A stretch of DNA of 64,000 nt, from NCBI GenBank assembly GCA_963705165.1, contig CAVPJD010000017.1, forward strand, positions 32,593 to 96,592, written 5' to 3'. Shown here one piece after another: positions 1 through 9,052 of the stretch (position 1 is its first letter; every line of letters begins with the position of its first letter). Both the position numbers and the translations under genes were made by a program. The stretch comes from an uncultured delta proteobacterium. Lineage in GTDB: Bacteria > Desulfobacterota > Syntrophia > Syntrophales > UBA2192. The notes beneath the pieces were generated by a model. It saw nothing but the letters and a program-made list of their open reading frames with translations. It was not told where the DNA came from and made no database searches.

Positions 1-519
1 TCATGCGCCAAGAAAGGTTTAAGCGATTTTGCGCAGGGCGAAGTCGGAGACGAACAGAGGAAGGAATTGGCCGACATACTGGCGAAATACGAAGGTAAAA
101 AAATCCCGAAGATTCTTTTTCTCCATCACATCCCCAACAGGGAGGCTGACTTCCCTGACGTCATGACTTTGAAAGATTGGAAGGAACTCATGGAGGTGGT
201 AGGGGACAAAGTCGATGTGATTGCGTTCGGCCACCAGGGTAAACTGGAGGTCGCCAGCAGGGGAAAGTCCCGCGCCGCGAAGGTACAGATTCGACCGATG
301 AAGCTGCGAATACTTGCCGGGGGCCGCAAGCGTGCATTAAAACGTACCTGGGTGCTCGACGCGAATGACTCTGTCGCAGCCCAATCGTGCTATAGCATCA
401 GGTGGGATGGCGAGGAGATCAAGCCCGAGATGATTATGCTGGGCGTTCCAGATGTTCAAAGTCCCGTTTCACCGTCAAAAAGCTACAGATCAAAAAAGAA
501 ACCGATAAAGAAAAAATAG
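1..519 (+). CDS. Metallophosphoesterase-like (Icc/CpdA-type) protein, C-terminal part, 5'-truncated by the window edge
   Basis: Frame 1 is open from base 1 (SCAKKGLSDFAQGEVGDEQRKELADIL...). Calcineurin-like pattern G-x-V-G-x-E-Q, ILFLHH and VDVIAFGH. Confidence 0.6.
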   Translation, partial: SCAKKGLSDFAQGEVGDEQRKELADILAKYEGKKIPKILFLHHIPNREADFPDVMTLKDWKELMEVVGDKVDVIAFGHQGKLEVASRGKSRAAKVQIRPMKLRILAGGRKRALKRTWVLDANDSVAAQSCYSIRWDGEEIKPEMIMLGVPDVQSPVSPSKSYRSKKKPIKKK

Positions 520-651
520 AAATATCACTGACGATTATCCATATTCTGATTCGTGAAAGACAGCAGTGAGGACGTGATATTATAATACCAACGTGATTTC
601 CGACGGTGTTGAACGGATCGGGTGAAAAGTGGGCAGTTGTTATTTTGCCTC

Positions 652-686
652 AGGGCAGGGCCATAGTCGGCCCTGCCCTTTTGTTT
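652..686 (+). terminator. Rho-independent terminator
   Basis: 11-bp stem AGGGCAGGGCC/GGCCCTGCCCT followed by TTTGTTT. Confidence 0.7.
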
Positions 687-714
687 ACTTACCCTGTTTC
701 ACTTTAACGCAAGC

Positions 715-938
715 TCACGGCCTCACAGGCGGCGGAGGGGCTTAGCCGTGGTCGTCCCAGAGACAGTTGGGGGTTTGCCCGCAGGTCGTGCCGCAGTGGA
801 TGATCCTCTTGCTGCACAGGGTGGCCCGCCACTCGTATTTGATCAGGATGGACTCGACAGCTCTGGCTTCCGGCTCGAAGCTGACCTGGCGCGAGGGGGA
901 GTACTCTTCCCTGCCTTAGCCGGTGCAGCGCTCTGCGA
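715..938 (-). pseudogene. Degenerate copy of the 3' end of the gene at 9053-9842
   Basis: Colinear with 9053-9277 (about 30 differences in ~225 bp by hand alignment). Encodes G*GREEYSPSRQVSFEPE...KYEWRATLCSKRIIHCG...G*APPPPVRP* with in-frame TAA at 916-918 and 742-744. Confidence 0.9.
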
Positions 939-1015
939 GACATAATGGCAAGTTGGCCCGCGATACGAACATATTTGCCCTAAAGTCTATGTTGCCCAGG
1001 TTGGAAGATTTCCGA

Positions 1016-1044
1016 TTGACAGGATGCATTGGTTGCATTAGTAT
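1016..1044 (+). promoter_or_regulatory. Putative sigma70 promoter for the 1258-8978 operon
   Basis: TTGACA-N17-TAGTAT. Confidence 0.55.
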
Positions 1045-1257
1045 CTTTACAAGTCCCCTTCCTTTCATGTCATTGCCGATCTCTCCTGCCTCGGAAGGGG
1101 CGCACACTTCATCAGTCGTTTTTCGTCCGTTTTTCGTTGTCATTCCCTGGTAACCGTACACCCATCCAATGTATTGAATCGTTTTACATCAGCGCGTTGA
1201 GTCCATTCGAAGGCTTCCAACCCGTTACCACCCTGGTTGTTCAATGGGAGGTGCCCC

Positions 1258-1845
1258 ATGGCAGCGAAACTCTCGGAAGGGCGAATCGCCATCGAAAGCG
1301 AGAAGGACCTCAAGAAGCACGCCGTTTCCATCCTCCGGCGCATCAAAGAAGACGAGCGTGGCGGGTTGATGTTCATGCTCAACCCGGCCTTTGCCCTCGA
1401 GGAGGCCGGCTTTGACCTCAACGAGGAGATGCGCCGTCACATCCTTCACGGTCTCCGCTTCGGCGCCAAGTCCAAGGCACGCATCCGGGACCTGAACGAG
1501 GCGGTGAGGGAAATTGCGGGGCGTCCGATCGATGCGATCTCCGATGAACAGGTGGCCCGGCTTCTTTTCGTCGACCTGAAGATCCCCTCGCCGGGGCCGG
1601 CTGCGGCCAAGGGCGCCGAGGCCCGGAAGGCCAAATCAGAAGAGCCGCTGCCGCCCGTCAACGAGGAGATCCTGGAGGCAGTAAAAGAAAGGCACAAGGT
1701 GGTGCCCATGCTCATCGAGTTGCGCCGGCATCTGAAAGGCGGCTGGCGGTTTGTCGACCGCGAGACCTATGAGAAGGTCAAAGGCGGTGCAAGCGTCACG
1801 CTCCTGCGGCGCGTCCGTTTCCACAAGCAGTCCAAAAAACTCTAA
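1258..1845 (+). CDS. Hypothetical protein with a segment resembling the DNA polymerase I thumb subdomain
   Basis: GGGAGG RBS before ATG 1258. Segment IAGRPIDAISDEQVARLLFVDLKIP...EEILEAVKERHKVVPMLIELRR. Confidence 0.8.
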   Translation: MAAKLSEGRIAIESEKDLKKHAVSILRRIKEDERGGLMFMLNPAFALEEAGFDLNEEMRRHILHGLRFGAKSKARIRDLNEAVREIAGRPIDAISDEQVARLLFVDLKIPSPGPAAAKGAEARKAKSEEPLPPVNEEILEAVKERHKVVPMLIELRRHLKGGWRFVDRETYEKVKGGASVTLLRRVRFHKQSKKL

Positions 1846-1874
1846 CCCCTGGATGTTATGGAAGGAGGCGCGCC

Positions 1875-4800
1875 ATGTCTCTGACCGGTGGGTACGAAGC
1901 GGCATTCGAGCTGCGCGAGGAAGTGGTCCGCGACATTTTTTTCGAGGCGTGGAGGTCCGGCGGGATTCCCCACGAGATCCTATCCGACAGCACTGTCGCG
2001 GGATATTCGACGCATGCGATCGTCCAGATCACCGAGGCGGCCATGTCGTCACGACTCGATCTGAGGTTTGACACCCCCCTGCCGAGCGGGGTCCGGATCA
2101 GCCTGCCGCTGGATCTGCAGATCACCGTAGCCGCCGCCCCGGCCCCGAGCATCAACCCCATCGAGTTTGCCTGCGCCCTCGACATCATGGCGCCGTTGCA
2201 GGCGCTTCCGGACGCGCGGGGAAACCGGGAGCTCGTCCTGAACCTGGCGGGCCTGCCGGACAGCCAGATCGCCGTCGTGATGCCGGCCGAGCCCGTCATT
2301 TCCGTGACGGCGGAGCTGATCGAGGACGGGCTGCACAAGGCCTACGACGACGGGAAGATCCCCCACTCTGTCCCTTATGCCTGGGGCGGCACGACGATCC
2401 AGATCGACGTGGAGGACGACGACGCCGACCCGGGAAGGCAGATCCGGTTCACGCTCGACGCCGCCGATCGCGGCACCGTGACGCTTCCCCTCTTCATCAA
2501 TGTCGCAGGAGGGATCGAACAGACCGTCCTGGTGCACAACGTGAAGCTCGTCCCGGACGGGGACATCTTCAAAATCCGCTTCTCCGACGTCCAGGCGGCC
2601 GACATCGAGGTATCGACGCTTCTTTTGCCATACATCTCCCTCATCGCCACCATGGTAAGAACCTACGGCGAGTATCGCCTCTTCGTTCCCGGCAACGACA
2701 CGATCGCCGGCCTGATCCGGGACGCAGTAAGGGAAAGGCTCGACACCTGGGGCGCCGAAGGCGACGGCAAGATTCACATCTTCACGCCCAACGCCGTCGA
2801 GAACAGCCCCATCGAGATCGTCGATTTCACGCCGGTGGTCAAGCCGGGATTCCTGGCCGTCCTGTTCAACCCCATGACGGGCGTGCCGGGGGTTGTCGTC
2901 GATGCCTCGGCGGTGGAGAATTTCATCCCCGAGGGGAAGAAATTCGCCCAGTGCCTGGCCGAGCCCGTCGTGCAGCGGATGATCGACCAGGCCCTGCAGG
3001 AGAAGATCCTCGACGAAAACGGCTGCGGCGGATGGCCCTGCACCTTCGATCACGAGATCGAGGGCCACGATGTCACCCTGACGAGCAAACCCCGCTTTAC
3101 ATTTCATGACGGCTACATCCAGATGAACGGGTCGGCCAGCGTGGCCATCGATTGCTGGTTCGACCCCGACGTGGATTACGAGGCCAAAGTCCGGTTCTAC
3201 TTCGAGACGGACGAGAGCGGAAACAAGGTCATCAAGCCCGACGTCTACGACGAGGACGTGGACCTTTCCTGCCTCGACTGGTTCCTGGGGCTGATCATCA
3301 TCATCTACGGCTGGATATGCCTGATCGTCGTCACCACCGTCATCGACGCCGTCGGCGGCGAGGTCGTCGAGGCCGAGGGGGACAAGATCGCCGAGGGGAC
3401 CAAGTACATGGCAGGGGAAATCCACGGCGTGGGCCAGGTCACGACGGAGCTCGACCAGATCGACATCAAACCCGAAGGGATCGTTCTCTCGGGCGGCGTC
3501 TTCGTGGTGAGCTCGCAACATGCCCTCACCTACGCCCCCTCGGAAAGCACGGCCCCCTACAGGGGCTGGGCGGCTTCCCCGATCGGCCTTGATGCCATCG
3601 ACATCCACCCCCGGGCACGGTACCAGTGGAAATTCGGCGACGGCGCCTCCGCCGAGGGCGCCCATGTCGGCCACACCTATGTTCGGGACGGCATCTACCT
3701 GGTTGATCTCACCGTGACCGTCACGGAGCCCAGGGGTTCCGTGACGCACCATGTGGCACGGGTACGGGTGGACAACGTTCCCCCGTCCGTGGAAGCCGGC
3801 CCCGCAATCACGGCCGACGAGGGCGAGACGATCCGGTTCGACGGTCAGTTCACGGACGTCGAATGGGGCGACAGGCACGAGGCCGTCTGGCAGTGGGGCG
3901 ACGACACCATGGAGCAGGGGGTCGTTGCGGAGACGAACTTCGCACCCCGGGCCGAGGGGATCGTCACGGGGAGCCACGCCTTCGGCAGCAGCGGCGAGTT
4001 TGCCGTAGCCCTCCGCGTACGAGACAATGACGGGGGCGTCGGCCGGGACACGAAGCGGGTCACGGTCCGGAATGTCCCGCCGAAAGTCGATGCGGGAGAC
4101 GATCTGTACGCCTACCCGGGGATTCCCGTCACGCTCAAGGCGTCCTTTACGGATCCCGGCTGGCTGGATCGGCACAGCGCCTCGTGGGAGACGGGCGATG
4201 CGGCAGGACCGATGCCCGCCCTCGTCAGGGAAGTAAACGAGCCGCCCGCCTGCTACGGTTATGCGGCTCTCATCCACATCTACCGCACCCTGGGAACGTT
4301 CCTTGCGGAGTGCACGGTCGTGGACAGCGACGGGGCAAGCGGCAGGGACACGCTGCCCGTGCGCGTCGTCGATGTGGTCAACGGCGACTTCGAGGGAGGC
4401 TTCAGGGACCGTATCCACGGGGCGGTGGCCAACGGTTGGGACTACTACGTCGGCGGCGCGTCGGAAGGCATGACCGGCCGCCCGGGGCTCTCGGACGAGT
4501 CGGCGGCGTTCCAGGCCGAGGAGTTTGTCGTTCGCGCAGGCCGGCGCTCCCAGAGGATAAACGGGCGCAGCGGTTCCCGCTCGGGCCTCTATCAGAAGAT
4601 CGGGGCAAACCGCGGGTGGGATTATCAGGTCACGGCCTGGTATCACCTCGACGAGCGGGCAGGGGGCGTCTGTCGTCTCGGTCTCGACCCCGCGGGGGGG
4701 ACCGATCCCTCGGCGGCGACGGTCGTCTGGGCCGAGGGGCAGGAGCACCGCCGATGGGCGCCTCTCGTGGTTCGCGTAAGCGCCGCCGGGACGGCCGTCA

Positions 4801-5426
4801 GCATCTTCCTCGAGGCCCGGTCGGAGAAGGGGGACTTCGTCGCCTGGTTCGACGCGGTGTCGCTCATCCCCTATCCCTGCCCGCCCGGGGAGCCCGAAAA
4901 GCCCCGGGAGCCCGAAAAGCCGCGCGAAATCTGCGTGGACTGGAGGACCGAGCCTGAGCAGCGAACCCTGCCGTCCGTGTATACAAAGGAGGGCTTCACC
5001 TTCCGCGTGCCGGCAAACGCGAACCTTCGAATCGTACGCTGGGGTGTCCCCCAGGGCGAGGGGAAGCTCAACTTTCCGGGTTCGGGCATGCAGGTCGCGC
5101 CGCCCTTCATTGCCAGCCGGGCCGTCGCCTGGGCCGCCCTGTACGCGGGAAAGTCCATCGTGATGGAGGCCTTCGACGGATCGGGGCAGAAAGTCGGCGA
5201 GGCCTCGAGTCCGTCGACGCAGGGAACCGTCCACATGCTCGAAGTGCGGGCACCGGGCATCGAGACTCTGAAGATCAGCGGAGGAGGCAGCGAGGGCCTG
5301 CTCGTCAGGCTCTGCGCACACAGCGGGCCGGAAGAGGAACCGGGTCCCGTGAAACCGCGGCCGGGGAAGCGCGTCCCCGCCGGGACCGCGAAGGCAGCGA
5401 AAAACAGTCCTGCCGGAAAGGGGTGA
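1875..5426 (+). CDS. 1183-aa multidomain protein: novel N-terminal region, hydrophobic segment, three PKD domains, CBM-like domain, Cys-bracketed C-terminal domain
   Basis: AAGGAGG RBS. PKD motifs YQWKFGDG..HTY..G.Y.V.LTVT, WQWGDD..GSHAF and WETGD..HIY. VVNGDFEGG..ANGW CBM-like start. PEKPRE linker repeat. No signal peptide. Confidence 0.85.
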   Translation: MSLTGGYEAAFELREEVVRDIFFEAWRSGGIPHEILSDSTVAGYSTHAIVQITEAAMSSRLDLRFDTPLPSGVRISLPLDLQITVAAAPAPSINPIEFACALDIMAPLQALPDARGNRELVLNLAGLPDSQIAVVMPAEPVISVTAELIEDGLHKAYDDGKIPHSVPYAWGGTTIQIDVEDDDADPGRQIRFTLDAADRGTVTLPLFINVAGGIEQTVLVHNVKLVPDGDIFKIRFSDVQAADIEVSTLLLPYISLIATMVRTYGEYRLFVPGNDTIAGLIRDAVRERLDTWGAEGDGKIHIFTPNAVENSPIEIVDFTPVVKPGFLAVLFNPMTGVPGVVVDASAVENFIPEGKKFAQCLAEPVVQRMIDQALQEKILDENGCGGWPCTFDHEIEGHDVTLTSKPRFTFHDGYIQMNGSASVAIDCWFDPDVDYEAKVRFYFETDESGNKVIKPDVYDEDVDLSCLDWFLGLIIIIYGWICLIVVTTVIDAVGGEVVEAEGDKIAEGTKYMAGEIHGVGQVTTELDQIDIKPEGIVLSGGVFVVSSQHALTYAPSESTAPYRGWAASPIGLDAIDIHPRARYQWKFGDGASAEGAHVGHTYVRDGIYLVDLTVTVTEPRGSVTHHVARVRVDNVPPSVEAGPAITADEGETIRFDGQFTDVEWGDRHEAVWQWGDDTMEQGVVAETNFAPRAEGIVTGSHAFGSSGEFAVALRVRDNDGGVGRDTKRVTVRNVPPKVDAGDDLYAYPGIPVTLKASFTDPGWLDRHSASWETGDAAGPMPALVREVNEPPACYGYAALIHIYRTLGTFLAECTVVDSDGASGRDTLPVRVVDVVNGDFEGGFRDRIHGAVANGWDYYVGGASEGMTGRPGLSDESAAFQAEEFVVRAGRRSQRINGRSGSRSGLYQKIGANRGWDYQVTAWYHLDERAGGVCRLGLDPAGGTDPSAATVVWAEGQEHRRWAPLVVRVSAAGTAVSIFLEARSEKGDFVAWFDAVSLIPYPCPPGEPEKPREPEKPREICVDWRTEPEQRTLPSVYTKEGFTFRVPANANLRIVRWGVPQGEGKLNFPGSGMQVAPPFIASRAVAWAALYAGKSIVMEAFDGSGQKVGEASSPSTQGTVHMLEVRAPGIETLKISGGGSEGLLVRLCAHSGPEEEPGPVKPRPGKRVPAGTAKAAKNSPAGKG

Positions 5427-5430
5427 TCTC

Positions 5431-6180
5431 ATGGCGACCGAGGAGAGAAAGGTGACCATCGTGGCGTGGCCGAAGGAGCCGGCGCTGCTCGAGCACCGGT
5501 TCACGTCGGACAAGCCCTGCAGGGTGAGCGTCTCCTTCGAGGAGAAGCCGCCCGCCCACGTCGTGATCGAGACGTCGAAGGACAGACCGTTCTTCGTGGA
5601 CATGGACATGAAGGTCACGCCCACGAAGACCATCCCGGTCTGTCTCAAGGTCTGCGAGCCGATCTGCATCAAGAGCGACTATACGATCGGGGTGGATATC
5701 TTCGACCGGCCCGTGGCCAACATCAAGATCCGCGGCCTCACCCGCGTGTACAACTGCCGGGAGGAGGAAGAGAAGTACACCTGTGTGGACTTCACGGAAC
5801 TGGACAAGGGAATGGTCCTGAAAAGCCTGTGGGAACACGAAGAGCTCCGCTTCAGGACAGAGGGGAACAGGCCCATGAGGACGGTCGGTGCGGGGAGCCC
5901 CTCCGTGACGGCGCTGGGCTTCCCCAATGAAGGTGTCCGCGTGGAGTTCCCGTGGCCGGTGCGGGACGTGCTGATGACGGTGGCCTGCTACGCGGGCCGC
6001 GGGCTTACCTTCTTGGCCTATGCCGACGGGACCCTGCTTGCGCAGCAGGATGCGGAGATCCAAAACGAGGTCAAGGAAGTCCTCATCGAGGGCTCTGGCA
6101 TTACGGCGATCGAAGTCAAGGGCGGAGGCAACGAGTCATCCATTCTCCGGATCTGCTTCTGGTCCAGCGGGTCGGAATGA
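5431..6180 (+). CDS. Hypothetical protein sharing its C-terminal domain with the PKD protein
   Basis: Starts 4 bp after the upstream stop. Cys-rich N-domain (VCLKVCEPIC). C-domain CVDF...YAG...GGGNES..RIC. Confidence 0.8.
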   Translation: MATEERKVTIVAWPKEPALLEHRFTSDKPCRVSVSFEEKPPAHVVIETSKDRPFFVDMDMKVTPTKTIPVCLKVCEPICIKSDYTIGVDIFDRPVANIKIRGLTRVYNCREEEEKYTCVDFTELDKGMVLKSLWEHEELRFRTEGNRPMRTVGAGSPSVTALGFPNEGVRVEFPWPVRDVLMTVACYAGRGLTFLAYADGTLLAQQDAEIQNEVKEVLIEGSGITAIEVKGGGNESSILRICFWSSGSE

Positions 6181-6233
6181 AAGGTGACGTGGAGCAGGCA
6201 AGGCAGTGCGACTGACGAAGGAGGGTAGTGACA

Positions 6234-7016
6234 ATGGCGACCCGAGCGACGGATAAGGGCAAGGGAAAGAAGGCGACAGGAAAGACGGTGCGGGGCGGCC
6301 GCGGGGCCCCGGGGGGCCAGGCGCCGAAGAGCGAGAGACAGGAGAGCCGGGAGACCGGGAAAACCCTCCTCGGGGGGCTCGATGCCTTGAAGGGGTTTGC
6401 CGAAACGACCTCGCGTGTCGTCCGGCAGGCCGCCTCCATTCTCGAGGAGGAGATCGCCGCAGGGATCGTTGCGGCCCGACAGGTCGAGGAGAGCCTGATC
6501 AATGTCAAGGCCCTGCGGACGGGCAATGCCGACAGCGTGATCCACCGGTTCCGGAAGGACGCCCACGAGGTCGTGGACATCCTCATCGATGTCGTCGGCT
6601 CGGCCGTGAATTATGCCGAGGACATGAGCAAACGGGCCGTCTCCTTCCGGGTCTCCGGGAACCCGAACAGGGCCGAGCGGCAGGAATCGGGTACCGCTCC
6701 GTTTCTGAAGGTGCCCGGTGTCCTGAAGTCCGGGCAGTCCGTCCAGGTCCCCATGACCCTCGAGAACAGCGGCGATGCGCCGACGGAGCCGCTGCGGTTT
6801 CTCAGCACCGATCTGCTGAGCCCGGCGGGCGGCAGAATCCCGGCAAAGCAGATTGAGTTCAAGCCGGCAGCCCTGACGATCAAGCCCGGCGGGCGCGAGA
6901 CCGTTGTCGTGCAACTGAAGATCCCTTCCGGGGTGAAGCCCGGCCTGTACTCGGGGCTCATCCAGTCCTCCAAGATGGATCAGCTCCGGGCCGTCCTCGC
7001 CGTCGAAGTGGCGTGA
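6234..7016 (+). CDS. Hypothetical protein: basic N-tail, helical domain, C-terminal Ig-like beta domain
   Basis: AAGGAGGG RBS. ILEEEIAAGIVAARQVEE helix. Ig-like pattern LTIKPGGRETVVVQLKIP..PGLYSGLI. Confidence 0.8.
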   Translation: MATRATDKGKGKKATGKTVRGGRGAPGGQAPKSERQESRETGKTLLGGLDALKGFAETTSRVVRQAASILEEEIAAGIVAARQVEESLINVKALRTGNADSVIHRFRKDAHEVVDILIDVVGSAVNYAEDMSKRAVSFRVSGNPNRAERQESGTAPFLKVPGVLKSGQSVQVPMTLENSGDAPTEPLRFLSTDLLSPAGGRIPAKQIEFKPAALTIKPGGRETVVVQLKIPSGVKPGLYSGLIQSSKMDQLRAVLAVEVA

Positions 7017-7040
7017 ACCGGTGATCAGGGACGAGGTCCC

Positions 7041-8081
7041 ATGGCAAACGGAAAAGCGTACGAGTTGGTCACGGAGGCTCTGGAGCGCTACAAAGCGCTC
7101 ACCATGCAGACCCTCATGGCCTATCTGCCGACCAGGGAACCGAAACGCTATCTCTACGATCTCGTGCCGTCCTATCCGCAGCGCTCGGGCAAGGGGTTCC
7201 GTCCCGGCCTGTGCATCTCCACTTGCGGCGCCTTTGGCGGAGAGGCCGAACTCGCCCTCAATTCCGCCGTGGCCATCGAAATCTTTCACAACGCCTTTCT
7301 CATCCACGATGACGTGGAGGACGGCAGCGAATACCGCAGGGGGAAGGCCACCCTGCACGTCGAGCACGGCATTCCCATCGCCGTGAACGTGGGCGATGCC
7401 ATGAATGTCCTGGGCATTCGGCCGCTCATGGAAAATATGGGCGTCCTGGGGCCGGAACTGACCTGGCTGGTCTTCACGGAGATCGAGCACATGGTCCGCC
7501 AGTCCGTGGAGGGGCAGGCGATGGAGCTGGGCTGGGTGCGCGACAACGTCTGCGACCTGGGCGAAGAGGATTACCTCCGGATGACCCTGAAAAAAACCTG
7601 CTGGTACACCTGCATCCATCCCTGCCGGATAGGGGCCCTCATTGCCACGGGCGGGGCTGTCGATGCGGACCGTTTCAACCGGTTCGGGTTCTACATGGGC
7701 GCCGCATTTCAGATTCAGGACGACATCCTGAACCTCACCGGCGACAAAAAGAAATACGGAAAGGAGATCGGGGGTGACATCTGGGAGGGAAAGCGGACCC
7801 TCATACTGATTCATCTCCTGAGCCGCTGCACGGAGAGCGAGAAGGAGGGGTTAAGGCGTTTTCTGGCCGCGCCGAGACCGCGCCGGCTGGGGAAAGACGT
7901 CCGGTGGGTCTACAGGCTCCTGGCGAAATACGACTGCATCGAATCGGCCCGCCGCAGCGCTTATCAGCTGGCCGGAGCCGCCCTGCGGGAATACCACGTT
8001 GCCTACCGCGGCTTGCCGGATTCGGAGGACAAGCGGTTCGTCGAGAACATCATCTTCTACATGATCGAGCGGAATATCTGA
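7041..8081 (+). CDS. Trans-polyprenyl diphosphate synthase (FPP/GGPP synthase family)
   Basis: GKGFRP, first Asp-rich motif FLIHDDVED..RRG, GQAME, KKT, second motif FQIQDDILN, GKEIGGDIWEGK. Confidence 0.93.
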   Translation: MANGKAYELVTEALERYKALTMQTLMAYLPTREPKRYLYDLVPSYPQRSGKGFRPGLCISTCGAFGGEAELALNSAVAIEIFHNAFLIHDDVEDGSEYRRGKATLHVEHGIPIAVNVGDAMNVLGIRPLMENMGVLGPELTWLVFTEIEHMVRQSVEGQAMELGWVRDNVCDLGEEDYLRMTLKKTCWYTCIHPCRIGALIATGGAVDADRFNRFGFYMGAAFQIQDDILNLTGDKKKYGKEIGGDIWEGKRTLILIHLLSRCTESEKEGLRRFLAAPRPRRLGKDVRWVYRLLAKYDCIESARRSAYQLAGAALREYHVAYRGLPDSEDKRFVENIIFYMIERNI

Positions 8082-8105
8082 CAGCAGTCGGAAAGGCGGG
8101 GTTTC

Positions 8106-8978
8106 ATGGATATCGAAATTGCCAAGGGGTCCGGATTCTGCTTCGGCGTCAGAAGAGCCGTGAACCTCGCCATGCATGCCGCAGCGGGCATGGACGGGAG
8201 GATCGTGACCCTCGGCCCCCTGGTCCACAACCCGCTCGTGGTGGAGATGCTCGAGGCAAAAGGCATCCGGGCGGTCGAAGAGGTCTCCGGCGATGCCGAC
8301 GTCGTGATCATCCGGGCCCACGGGATCCCCGTCCCGCATCTGGAATCCCTCCGCAGGCAGCAGGTGGAGATCATCGACGCCACATGCCCGTTCGTAAAAA
8401 GATCCCAGAGATATGCAAAAGCCCTGCGGGATGAGGGGTATCAGGTGGTCATCCTCGGCGATCGGGAACACCCGGAGGTCAGGGCGGTCGGCAGTTACGC
8501 GGGCGGTCAGGCCGTCGTCGTGGAGAGCCCCGACGATTTGCCGGATACGTTCGGCCCCAGGGTAGGAGTCCTGGCCCAGACGACGCAGTCGGAAGAAGCC
8601 TTCCTGCGGCTCGTCCATCGCATCGTTTTGAAGGCCAAGGTGGTGAAGGTCATCAACACGATCTGCCGATCCACCGCCGCGAGGCTGGCGGACACGGAAA
8701 GACTTGCGCGCACGGTCCAGATCATGATTGTCGTCGGCGGACGCAAGAGCCACAACACGCTGGAGCTTGTCCGCGTCTGCCGCCTGACGGGAATCGAGAC
8801 GCATCATGTCGAGCGTGTCGAAGAACTTCAGGTCTCGTGGTTTCGAAACCGTGTGCACGTAGGGATCTCGGCCGGCGCGTCGACGCCGGACTGGGCAATC
8901 GATGGCGTGGCGGAAGCGGTCCATGCCATTGGAAAGCCTGCCCGGGGGGATGGTGCGGAAATCAGGCAGATGACGTGA
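8106..8978 (+). CDS. ispH: 4-hydroxy-3-methylbut-2-enyl diphosphate reductase (IspH/LytB)
   Basis: GFCFGV, HN, RAHG, DATCPFV, HPEV, NTIC and AGASTP motifs; three Fe-S cysteines present. Confidence 0.93.
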   Translation: MDIEIAKGSGFCFGVRRAVNLAMHAAAGMDGRIVTLGPLVHNPLVVEMLEAKGIRAVEEVSGDADVVIIRAHGIPVPHLESLRRQQVEIIDATCPFVKRSQRYAKALRDEGYQVVILGDREHPEVRAVGSYAGGQAVVVESPDDLPDTFGPRVGVLAQTTQSEEAFLRLVHRIVLKAKVVKVINTICRSTAARLADTERLARTVQIMIVVGGRKSHNTLELVRVCRLTGIETHHVERVEELQVSWFRNRVHVGISAGASTPDWAIDGVAEAVHAIGKPARGDGAEIRQMT

Positions 8979-9052
8979 CCCGGGAAAGGCTGGGCTGCAT
9001 CGAGCCCTGCCTTTCCCGGATCATGACGACGCAATTTCTATTCTCGCATGCC

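Noticed and set aside
217..240. GHQG instead of GHxH in the metallophosphoesterase-like gene as a sign of inactivity
   Set aside because: The N-terminal metal-binding motifs lie outside the window, so the claim cannot be judged.
2049..5672. 1207-aa minus-strand ORF and similar long antisense ORFs (6018-7814, 24863-26809, 27009-29189, 30570-32390, 37858-40089, 45056-46801)
   Set aside because: Shadow frames opposite well-supported high-GC genes; no motifs and no RBS.
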